Positions 1 to 8,220 of a stretch of 64,000 bases of DNA are shown in pieces. The notes under the pieces are model-generated. The model was given only the letters and a program-made list of their open reading frames with translations, ran no database searches and was not told the origin of the DNA. Origin of the DNA: a virus; the IMG/VR virus record IMGVR_UViG_3300006736_000004, positions 1 to 64,000 of that record; one strand, given 5' to 3'. Every line of letters begins with the position of its first letter. Positions within the stretch are counted from its first letter, which is position 1. Made by a program: the position numbers and the translations under genes.

Positions 1-5
1 CAGAA

Positions 6-191
6 TTGCACTATTACTCCGCCCACCAAGTCAGAGAAATGTTGTGTGGGATGAATGTCGGGATCACAGGCTTGACGTTCCCACTTCCGGGGGACAGCGG
101 GCTGGCGATTAATGGGCTTTACAAAGCGCAAAAGGCTCTCGCCGGGAATCTTGAGGGGTGCAATTATTGGATAGTCGATGCCCGCGCATAG
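6..191 (+). CDS. C-terminal part of a gene truncated by the window edge (possibly a methyltransferase of the modification module)
   Basis: ORF at the window start overlapping the start of the PAPS reductase gene. Function inferred only from context. Confidence 0.3.
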   Translation: MHYYSAHQVREMLCGMNVGITGLTFPLPGDSGLAINGLYKAQKALAGNLEGCNYWIVDARA

Positions 192-1326
192 CTACCCCAC
201 GGGCCGGGATGTTTTCGAGGCGGGCGTGGCCCGACTTCAAGAGCTTTATGAGCAAGGCGATACGGTCGTCATCACGATGTCGGGCGGCAAGGACTCGACT
301 GTGTGCATGGAGATCGCCGCCATTGCTGCGAAGCGGGCGGGGAGATTGCCGGTCAATATCATCATGCGCGACGAGGAAATCATGTTCCCCGGCACCTTTG
401 AATATTGCGAGCGGGTGGCGGACAGAAAGGACGTGGCCTTCCATTGGATCACCGCCAACCAACCTGTCTTAAATGTCTTCAACCGGACGATGCCATATGT
501 CTGGGTTTTTGATCCCACGTTGAAGCCAGACGAGTGGGTCCGCAAGCCGCCGTCGATTTGCTACACGATCCCGGAGAAGGACATCGACTCCCTCGTCATC
601 AAAGAACGCTTCCCCGTGCCAGACGGCAAGCGGTTGATGAAGGTCGTTGGCTTGAGGGTCCAAGAAAGCCCAAGCCGCAAGATTGGCTTGATCTCGTCAG
701 GCGGTCACATCACCAAGCCAAACAAGCACGGCGCTCATGCGGTCCGCCCGATTTATGATTGGACGGACGGACACATCTGGAAGGCGATCAAGGAAAACGG
801 GTGGGATTACAATTCAGCCTACAACACAATGTTCCGGATGGGCGTCACAAGGTCAGCATTGCGAATTGGTCCGCCATTGCAGACGGCGGCGCAAATCCAA
901 ACTCTCCAAATGGCGTCGAGGGCGTGGCCCCAATGGTTCGACCGGGTGAGCGACAGAGCGCCGGGTGTTCGGTCGGCGGCACAATTCGGACGGCGAGCGG
1001 TCGAGCCAATCAGGCGAGCGGGTGAGACGTGGGAAGAATGCTTTATGCGCGAGTGCATTGACGAGGCACCACAGGTTTGGATTGCAGAGCGGTCGAGGAC
1101 AGTGATGGAGAAACTTGTCCGCGCACATCTCCGGACCTCGACGGAGCCGTTCCCCCAGATCAAGCCGAAGCGTGGGTGCAAGAACGGGTCTTGGCGGTTG
1201 CTCGCAAAGATCATGTATAACGGCAACCCCTTCGCCGTAAAGGCAGAGGGATTGATCCCCCCATTGGAGCCTGACTTTTTTCGACCCGGCTCCGGGACAT
1301 GGGGCGGCAATCCGGGGTTCACTTGA
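178..1326 (+). CDS. PAPS reductase-family protein (IbrA/YbdN-like)
   Basis: PP-loop MSGGKDSTV, VGLRVQESPSR, PIYDWTDGHIW and YNSAYN..RIGPP motifs, with a ParB-like gene downstream. Confidence 0.85.
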   Translation: MPAHSYPTGRDVFEAGVARLQELYEQGDTVVITMSGGKDSTVCMEIAAIAAKRAGRLPVNIIMRDEEIMFPGTFEYCERVADRKDVAFHWITANQPVLNVFNRTMPYVWVFDPTLKPDEWVRKPPSICYTIPEKDIDSLVIKERFPVPDGKRLMKVVGLRVQESPSRKIGLISSGGHITKPNKHGAHAVRPIYDWTDGHIWKAIKENGWDYNSAYNTMFRMGVTRSALRIGPPLQTAAQIQTLQMASRAWPQWFDRVSDRAPGVRSAAQFGRRAVEPIRRAGETWEECFMRECIDEAPQVWIAERSRTVMEKLVRAHLRTSTEPFPQIKPKRGCKNGSWRLLAKIMYNGNPFAVKAEGLIPPLEPDFFRPGSGTWGGNPGFT

Positions 1327-2027
1327 TGCTGTCAATGGCAATCATGCACGGGGCATTCAACGAGCGGCGTCGGGCTTGCGTCGAGGGCTTGGTCCGCAAG
1401 ATTGGCGTCAAGCAGATTCAAGATTTGTTGTTCGACTTCACGGTGGTTCAAGATTGGCACAAGCAAGGCCCGTGGCCGGTGGCGAGAGAGTGTTGGACAA
1501 GGGCGTTGGAATCGTCAGGGAGCCATCATCTCGTGTTGCAAGATGACGCGACGATCTGCGAGGATTTCTTGGAGGGATGCTTGGCCTTGATTGCTGCCAA
1601 GCCAGACAACCCAATCTCCCTATACTCAAACAGAAAGATTTGTGAGAAGGCGAAAGCAGAGGACGCAAGGTGGGTGATGATCCCAGACGGCACTTGGGGC
1701 GTGGCGATGATCTTGCCAAAAAGTCTGATTACCAAGTTTCTTGATTGGAGTGACAGACATATCCATCCGACCTTCCGGCCATATGATTCCCGCTTGGCGA
1801 TGTTTTGCGTCAAGCAGAAGATTGAGGTTTTTTGCCCGACCCCATCCTTGGCTGACCATGAGGGACACGCTCCATCATTGATTGGCAATGACAGAACGCC
1901 GCGATCCCGGACGGCGCGGTGGTTCATTGGCGGTCAGTCGCCTCTTGATTTTGATTGGAAGGGCGGGAAGGAATTGCGCGGTCCGAATAATCTGTCTTCA
2001 ACATATTGGAAACATTACAGAGATTGA
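1326..2027 (+). CDS. GT-A fold glycosyltransferase-like protein
   Basis: HHLVLQDDA DxD-like motif, WGVAMILP and PSLADH. Start coupled to the upstream stop (TGATG). Confidence 0.6.
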   Translation: MLSMAIMHGAFNERRRACVEGLVRKIGVKQIQDLLFDFTVVQDWHKQGPWPVARECWTRALESSGSHHLVLQDDATICEDFLEGCLALIAAKPDNPISLYSNRKICEKAKAEDARWVMIPDGTWGVAMILPKSLITKFLDWSDRHIHPTFRPYDSRLAMFCVKQKIEVFCPTPSLADHEGHAPSLIGNDRTPRSRTARWFIGGQSPLDFDWKGGKELRGPNNLSSTYWKHYRD

Positions 2028-2029
2028 AA

Positions 2030-2842
2030 ATGACAAAGCCGAAATCAGAAACCAAGGGCCGAAAGGCGGTCGAGGTCAAAGCAAAAAAGCTCAAGGCGCT
2101 TGAGGTCAGATATGTCAAGCACACCCAAGTCGTCGCCAATAGCTACAATCCAAACCGGCAATCTGACAAGGAATTTGAATTGCTCAAGCGGTCGATGGAA
2201 GAGGACGGATTCACTCAACCCATTATCGTCGTCAGACATCCGAAGCAGCGCGGCAAGTTCCGGATCGTTGACGGGGAGCATAGATGGCGCTGTGCAATCG
2301 CGCTTGGATATGCGGAGGTTCCCATCGTCATCACGCCCATGACGTTTGAGCAAGCGAAAATCGCCACCTTGAGGCACAACAGAGCGCGAGGGTCGGAAGA
2401 CATCGAATTGACCGCGCAAGTTCTCAAGGACTTGCAAGAGGTCGGTGCAATTGATTGGGCGCAGAAGAGCCTCATGATGGACGATGTCGAGATGAACAAG
2501 CTCTTGGACGACATCTCTGTGACCGACGCCTTGGCCGACGAGGATTATTCAGAAGCATGGGTGCCGACCGACGTGGCCCCAGACGACACGGTCGAGGGCA
2601 AGGAATATGAAACCGGCGACGGCAAGCTCACAAGGGGCATGTCACCAGAGGCGGTGAAGCAGCAACGAGCGATGGAAAAAAAGATGGCGGCGGCGAAGAC
2701 CGAAGAAGAGCGTCAGATGGTCGCCAAGGATTCGCGCTTCTATCGTGTCAACCTCGTCTTCGCAGATGCCGAAGCGGACCTTGTCAAAAAGGCGCTTGGC
2801 AACGAGCCAGCCAAGGCGCTTGTCGCAATGTGCAAAGCATGA
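2030..2842 (+). CDS. ParB/Srx N-terminal domain protein (IbrB/YbdM-like)
   Basis: ANSYNPN, GFTQPIIV, IVDGEHRW and TLRHNRARG motifs. Confidence 0.85.
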   Translation: MTKPKSETKGRKAVEVKAKKLKALEVRYVKHTQVVANSYNPNRQSDKEFELLKRSMEEDGFTQPIIVVRHPKQRGKFRIVDGEHRWRCAIALGYAEVPIVITPMTFEQAKIATLRHNRARGSEDIELTAQVLKDLQEVGAIDWAQKSLMMDDVEMNKLLDDISVTDALADEDYSEAWVPTDVAPDDTVEGKEYETGDGKLTRGMSPEAVKQQRAMEKKMAAAKTEEERQMVAKDSRFYRVNLVFADAEADLVKKALGNEPAKALVAMCKA

Positions 2843-2872
2843 AAAAAAAGCCGCCCCGAAGGGCGACCTTTC
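2842..2872 (-). terminator. Intrinsic terminator between convergent genes
   Basis: Minus strand GGTCGCCC-TTCG-GGGCGGC followed by T8. Confidence 0.75.
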
Positions 2873-2892
2873 TTTTCCCATGCCGGGGATGG

Positions 2893-3516
2893 TTAGCCAA
2901 TGGACCCCGAAGCGCATTTCCGGCGGTTGGCGATCCAGCCGGGAATCTTGACTTGACTTGGCGCTTGCCGCTTGGTCGGGGTGAACTTGCTACCGAAGAC
3001 AACCTTGCTTTTTTCCACGGCATTCTTGGCGGCAAGCTCCGTCCAGAAGTTGCCCCACCGTTTCGAGACATGAGGGTCGGGCATCTCGTTGGCGAAGGCA
3101 TGGTCCCGCGCTTCCTTGAGCAAGATCGTCGGCACGTTGGCATCATCAAAGCCTTCCTCAATCGTCTTGTAGTAGCCGTCAGACGGCGGTCCGACATGCT
3201 TCCGGTTCATTACATAGGCCATATAAGTCTTGCCGTCAGCCGTCCAATATTCCTTACGATAGAGACCGCGCAACGGGTCTTCACCGCAAAAGCCTTCGTA
3301 GCGGTCGAGAGCCTTCTCGCAAGCCGGGGTCAATCGCCAAAGAGCAACGGCGCATTTGAAGCCTTCGGCGGGGATCATATCGGCAACCCCTTTGAAGACG
3401 AGACGGTGGTCGGGGAAGTAAGCCGCGCCAAGGTAAGTGGCGGCGGGGCAGCGGACCTTCATGGCGTCCCGGTTCATGTTCGATCCATAGGCCATGTAAA
3501 TTGTTTCGGTGGTCAT
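2893..3516 (-). CDS. Gamma-glutamylcyclotransferase (AIG2-like)
   Basis: YMAYGSNM, RCP.A, LDRYEG and LYRK motifs. Adjacent to an amidoligase. Confidence 0.85.
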   Translation of the reverse strand: MTTETIYMAYGSNMNRDAMKVRCPAATYLGAAYFPDHRLVFKGVADMIPAEGFKCAVALWRLTPACEKALDRYEGFCGEDPLRGLYRKEYWTADGKTYMAYVMNRKHVGPPSDGYYKTIEEGFDDANVPTILLKEARDHAFANEMPDPHVSKRWGNFWTELAAKNAVEKSKVVFGSKFTPTKRQAPSQVKIPGWIANRRKCASGSIG

Positions 3517-3540
3517 TTGATCTCTCCGTTGGTCAAGTGT

Positions 3541-4578
3541 TTAAGCGTTGGCGAAATGTGCGATGCGAGAGCGGAAGAAAGAAACCACCGCGCCATCAAC
3601 ATCTTTGAAAATGTGGTCGGCTTCCAAGGGATCGTTGCCGAAGGTCATCGCCCAAAAGGTCGAGAACTTTTCGGCGTCGAGGTCGTAGGAGTCGGAAGCA
3701 ACATAGATGTCGGTCAACTCTTCTGAAACCCAACCCCGCTCGACACCGTTGGCACCGGAAATTTTCCAATTCTTACCACCGGCATATTTGAACGAGCCGC
3801 CATGAGCTTCGACTTGCTCCCGAAGGGCGGCGTAGGTGGTGGACTTCCGCTTGGCCTTGTAGTTATGGGAGCCGGTGGCCGCGCCGGAAGAAATGGTTTT
3901 GGAAGCGTCGGCAAAGGCGACCAAGAGGCGGACCCAATTGGTCAGCTTGATGGGGTCCGTCGAACCGTTATGGTGGCGGAACTCAATGGTGCCGTTGTTG
4001 TTACGGGTCAAGGCCGAAAGGTTCACCTTCATGAATTTGCCGCCGCCCCGGTTCATGAGAGCATGGAGCGAGTCGCCATAATATTCATCGACCATCGTAA
4101 CGTAACGGGAAATGAGAGAGGCGCAATAACGACCGTTTGAGCCGCGCCGTGAAGCCGCCATGAAACTATCAAAGTCGGTCTCGAAAGAAGCATAGCGAAG
4201 GTAAATGTTTTTGGCATGGGCGGCGGTCCATCCGTCAACCCGGCCAAGATGGACATGAACGCCACAAGCGCGGTCAACATTTACGCCGTCGATGCTATTC
4301 AAAACGTCAAGGGCGGCGGTCAATTTAGCAAGACCGGCTTCGCCTTTAAGGATGGGGGAAACCAACTCGCCGCCCATGCCTTCGCCGGAACGATGATTGT
4401 AACCGCTTGAGGTGACGGTGGCGTCGGTGACGAGCTTCCAAGAGGTGAGGGGAGCGTGGGAGCCGTAGCCGTGAACCTTGGCCCGGATGCCCGCATCGTT
4501 AAGAGCGGCGGCGACCGTGGCGAGACGTGCGCCTTTGAACTCAATCTCTACTCCGAAAGTGTAATCTTGATTTAACAT
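3541..4578 (-). CDS. Putative amidoligase (COOH-NH2 ligase type 2)
   Basis: TFGVEIE, WKLVTDA, ELVSPIL, CGVHVHL and TIEFRHH motifs. Start reassigned to ATG at 4578 behind a GGAGAG RBS. Confidence 0.85.
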   Translation of the reverse strand: MLNQDYTFGVEIEFKGARLATVAAALNDAGIRAKVHGYGSHAPLTSWKLVTDATVTSSGYNHRSGEGMGGELVSPILKGEAGLAKLTAALDVLNSIDGVNVDRACGVHVHLGRVDGWTAAHAKNIYLRYASFETDFDSFMAASRRGSNGRYCASLISRYVTMVDEYYGDSLHALMNRGGGKFMKVNLSALTRNNNGTIEFRHHNGSTDPIKLTNWVRLLVAFADASKTISSGAATGSHNYKAKRKSTTYAALREQVEAHGGSFKYAGGKNWKISGANGVERGWVSEELTDIYVASDSYDLDAEKFSTFWAMTFGNDPLEADHIFKDVDGAVVSFFRSRIAHFANA

Positions 4579-4617
4579 TTGGTCTCTCTCCGTCGTGTGA
4601 TTGTGTTGTTGTTCAAT

Positions 4618-4656
4618 TGATGTTGACCACAATAAACATATCAGCGCGGGTGTCAA
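4618..4656 (-). promoter_or_regulatory. Repeated sigma70-like promoter, copy 1
   Basis: TTGACA-16 nt-TATTGT followed by GGTCAACATCA. Same motif at 11576 and 18190. Confidence 0.7.
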
Positions 4657-4797
4657 CCCCTTTTGAAAAAAAGATTTGCGGGTGGGTGGACGGCTGTCTT
4701 GCGGTTCTGACGCCATAGGGGGGGGGTGGCTTCCGTTGACTTCCCATTTCGGCGGCTGTGTGGTATTGATTCCGCGACGGTCTGACATGGGGGAAAA

Positions 4798-5430
4798 ATG
4801 GCAAAGCGGAAAAAGGTTCACTTGACGGTCGATGAATGGCGGCAAGCCCGCGACCTCTATGTGCAGGGCGTCGAGAGCGACACCGGCAAGCGAGTCCATC
4901 CAACGCTTGAAACCTTGGCGGCTGATTTAGGGGTTGGCATCCGGACATTGGAAAACCGGAGTTCGGCTGACGGGTGGGTGAAGCAACGGGAAGATTTCGA
5001 GACCAAGCTCCGGGCAGAGGTGGATGCCAAGAAAAGAAAAACGCTCGCGGCTCAATTGATCGACTTCGATTCGCGGGCGCTTAATCTGGCGACGGCGGTC
5101 CTTGGTCAAATTGGTCGGATCATCAACAATGCGGAGACCCGGCGGCAAGCTGCCCAAGAGGATCGCATGGTCCGCTTCATTAGAAATAGTGAGATAGTGG
5201 AAGAGTTGGTCTTGGCGAAGCCGGACATGGACCCGCTCTCACCGACCTCGCTGACGATGCTCGCCAACGCCGTCTCCGCAAGTCAGAGGGTCGGGCGGCT
5301 CGCGCTTGGCGAATACACGGATAGCACAAAGGTAACAGATGAACGAGCTGACGACGACCTCGCAAGCGCCATTGCCGACCTATTCCAACTTGAAGGCGAC
5401 ATCAAAAAGAACTCTCGAAAACCGCATTAG
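4798..5430 (+). CDS. Terminase small subunit
   Basis: N-terminal HTH (PTLETLAADLGVGIRTLENR..WVKQR), overlapping the terL start. Confidence 0.65.
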   Translation: MAKRKKVHLTVDEWRQARDLYVQGVESDTGKRVHPTLETLAADLGVGIRTLENRSSADGWVKQREDFETKLRAEVDAKKRKTLAAQLIDFDSRALNLATAVLGQIGRIINNAETRRQAAQEDRMVRFIRNSEIVEELVLAKPDMDPLSPTSLTMLANAVSASQRVGRLALGEYTDSTKVTDERADDDLASAIADLFQLEGDIKKNSRKPH

Positions 5431-6634
5431 ATGGAAAACGCAATCCAGAGATAAGCAACGGACCCCGAAGGGGTTTTGGGACACTTGGTTGATCCTTGCC
5501 GGTCGAGGGTGGGGGAAGACGTTGACGGGCGCACAAGACGCCGTGACCTATTGCTTGGCATTTCCCGAATCCATTTATGCAGTCGTCGCACCAACGGCGG
5601 GCGATCTAAGGCGGGTCTGTTTCGAGGGACCGTCCGGGATCAACGCCGTGGTCCCGGAACAAGCGTTGGCGAAAACCGGCAAGGCGTATAATTCTGGCAC
5701 AAGCGAGCTTCGTTTCGAGAACGGGTCGTTGATCCAAGGCTTCGCAGCTATCGAACCGAATCGTCTTCGCGGCCCGCAATTCCATCGTGCATGGGCAGAC
5801 GAGCTTGCCGCATGGCGGTATCCAGAAGCATGGGACCAATTGCAATTCGGTCTCCGGTTGGGCGAAGACCCGCAAACCGTGGTGACGACGACCCCGCGAC
5901 CGCTTCCGTTGATTCGTGAGCTGGTCAAGGACGATGGGACGCACGTCACCAAGGGCCATACTTTTGAGAACGAGGGCAATCTCGCGCCGAAGGCTCTCAA
6001 GAAACTGAAAGAGAAATATGAAGGCACCCGGCTTGGCCGACAAGAGCTTTATGCAGAAATCCTTGACGATGTCGAGGGAGCCTTGTGGAAGCGATCTTGG
6101 CTTGACGACGGTCGCGTGACTGACTATCCAGCAATGAAGCGGACAATCGTCTCCGTCGATCCATCCGGGACGAAGTCCGATACCGCTGACGAGGCAGGGA
6201 TCATCGTTGCGGGGTTAGGGGTCAATGGTCACGGTTATATATTCGAGGACTTCACCGGGAGCCTGACGCCTCATGAGACGTGCCTTAAAGCGATCAACGC
6301 CTACAATCTGTGGGAAGCCGACCGGATTGTTGCTGAATCAAACCACGGCGGGGATTGGATCGAAATGGGTTTGAGGGCAATCCAGAGGAATATCGCATAC
6401 AAGAAACTTTATGCTTCGCGGGGCAAGATGGCGAGAGCGGAGCCAGTGGCAGCACTTTATGAACAAAGGCGGGTTCATCATGTCGGGATTTTCCCCTTGG
6501 CCGAAGACGAGCTTTGCACTTGGGAGCCGAATACAGGAATGCCTTCCCCCAACCGGCTTGATGCTATAGTGTGGGCTGTGACCGAGCTTATGCTCCGGGA
6601 CGTGGGAATGGAAAGGCTACACGTTAGAGCGTGA
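5339..6634 (+). CDS. terL: Terminase large subunit
   Basis: Walker A AGRGWGKT, LRGPQF, Walker B WADE, TTTP, nuclease VDPSG and PNRLDA. Confidence 0.95.
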   Translation: MNELTTTSQAPLPTYSNLKATSKRTLENRIRWKTQSRDKQRTPKGFWDTWLILAGRGWGKTLTGAQDAVTYCLAFPESIYAVVAPTAGDLRRVCFEGPSGINAVVPEQALAKTGKAYNSGTSELRFENGSLIQGFAAIEPNRLRGPQFHRAWADELAAWRYPEAWDQLQFGLRLGEDPQTVVTTTPRPLPLIRELVKDDGTHVTKGHTFENEGNLAPKALKKLKEKYEGTRLGRQELYAEILDDVEGALWKRSWLDDGRVTDYPAMKRTIVSVDPSGTKSDTADEAGIIVAGLGVNGHGYIFEDFTGSLTPHETCLKAINAYNLWEADRIVAESNHGGDWIEMGLRAIQRNIAYKKLYASRGKMARAEPVAALYEQRRVHHVGIFPLAEDELCTWEPNTGMPSPNRLDAIVWAVTELMLRDVGMERLHVRA

Positions 6635-6638
6635 TCGA

Positions 6639-8096
6639 ATGCCAGTTGATTCAACCCACCAAGAATATTCCGCCTTTGCTCCAAAGTGGGAGCGCATCCG
6701 CGATGCCGTCGCTGGTTCGGACGAGGTCAAGGCGAGGAAGTCCTTGTATCTGCCCAAGCCAAACGGCCACACCGCCGAAGACTTTTCGAGCTACATCATG
6801 CGAGCTGAATTTTACCCGGCAACCACCCGGACTGTCGATGGCTTGCTTGGGGCGGTGTTTCGCAAAGAGCCAAATGTCAAGATTCCCAAAGGCCAAGAGG
6901 AGCTTCTGTCGAAGCTCACGATTCAAGGCGCGGACTTCGCCACGTTTGCAAAGTCGGTTGGCAGGGAAGTTCTGATCCTTGGCCGGTACGGTGTGCTTGT
7001 CGATGTGGCCGATGACGACAACCTTCCCTTTGCGGCTGGTTATACGGCGGAGAATATCATCAATTGGCGGATAGCCCATATCGAGCGGGAGCCAGTAACG
7101 ACGATGGTTGTCCTCCGCGAGTTCCGCGAGGCACACAAGGGCGACGATGAATTTAAGACCGAAACCCGGAAGAGGTGGCGGGTCTTACAGCTTGGGGTGC
7201 TTGGTGACGGCTCATTTGGTGAGACCAAAGTTTATGTCCAAACGCTTTTCGAGGAAGTCAAAAACGAAAAGGGCGAAAACCAAATTGTCCAAATAGGCCA
7301 AGTCGTCCCGCTTCAGCGCGGCGAGCCGCTGACCAAGATTCCGTTTGTCTTCTTTGGCCCAACCAATTTGACGCCTTCGGTCGAGAAGCCGCCGATTCTT
7401 GATTTAGTTGACACCAATCTTTCCCACTACCGGACATCCGCAGAGTTGGAGGAGGGCGCTTTCTTCACTGGCTTGCCCATGTACGTTATCAGCGGTCGCG
7501 GGCTTGGCGAAGAAACTCCCGGCGAGTTTGAGGTCGGGTCGCGCAACGCTCTCCGTCTGGATGAAGGTGGGACGGCAATGGTCTTGACTGTGAGCGGCGA
7601 CGACATGGGAGTTTTGGTCAAGCTCATGGAAGCCAAAGAACAGCGCATGGCGATTCTTGGTGCGCGGATTCTTGAAGACCAGAAGTCTGGCGTCGAGGCG
7701 GCGGCGGCGATGGCTATGCGGCACCGGGGCGAAAACTCGCTCTTGGGGTCGATTGCTGACACGGTCGGTCGAGGGATAAAGAAAGTCTTGGAGATCATGA
7801 CGTGGTGGAACGGTGCCGACGATCCGGATGTCAAGTTTGAATTGAACAAGGACTTCACTTCGATGCAATTGACCGGCGCGGAGCTTGTCCAACTCGTCTC
7901 CGCTTTCCAGAGCGGCACAATTGGTCCGGAGGTATTCTTCAAGGCACTGAAGGACGGCGAGCGCATACCGGACGGTTGGACTTTGGATGATTGGCTGGAA
8001 GACATCGAAAGCGGCGCAGACCAATTCACAAGAGGCATGACCAACGAGGACATCGACGGGGAAGACGACGAGGACGAGGATTCCTCCGATGGGTAG
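6639..8096 (+). CDS. Portal protein (DUF4055-like)
   Basis: Follows terL. YLPKP..YIMRAEFY, AENIINW, IPFVF and KPPILDL..NLSHYR motifs. Confidence 0.85.
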   Translation: MPVDSTHQEYSAFAPKWERIRDAVAGSDEVKARKSLYLPKPNGHTAEDFSSYIMRAEFYPATTRTVDGLLGAVFRKEPNVKIPKGQEELLSKLTIQGADFATFAKSVGREVLILGRYGVLVDVADDDNLPFAAGYTAENIINWRIAHIEREPVTTMVVLREFREAHKGDDEFKTETRKRWRVLQLGVLGDGSFGETKVYVQTLFEEVKNEKGENQIVQIGQVVPLQRGEPLTKIPFVFFGPTNLTPSVEKPPILDLVDTNLSHYRTSAELEEGAFFTGLPMYVISGRGLGEETPGEFEVGSRNALRLDEGGTAMVLTVSGDDMGVLVKLMEAKEQRMAILGARILEDQKSGVEAAAAMAMRHRGENSLLGSIADTVGRGIKKVLEIMTWWNGADDPDVKFELNKDFTSMQLTGAELVQLVSAFQSGTIGPEVFFKALKDGERIPDGWTLDDWLEDIESGADQFTRGMTNEDIDGEDDEDEDSSDG

Positions 8097-8220
8097 ATAT
8101 GACGGCAACACCAATCAAGTCGTTCGGTGCCTGGGTCGGGCCTGAGACTCCGGTCTGGTTCTCCAAGACCGAAGACCTGGACCACAAGTGAGATCACGTT
8201 CCGTGGATCAATAATGAAAT

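Noticed and set aside
178-1326. DndC-type phosphorothioation system or sulfur-assimilation AMG (also applies to 55031-55912)
   Set aside because: No DndA/D/E or Ssp genes and no cys pathway context. Both look like ordinary phage PAPS-reductase-fold families.
2830-3726. 298-aa plus-strand ORF
   Set aside because: Antisense shadow of the GGCT and amidoligase genes, with no motifs
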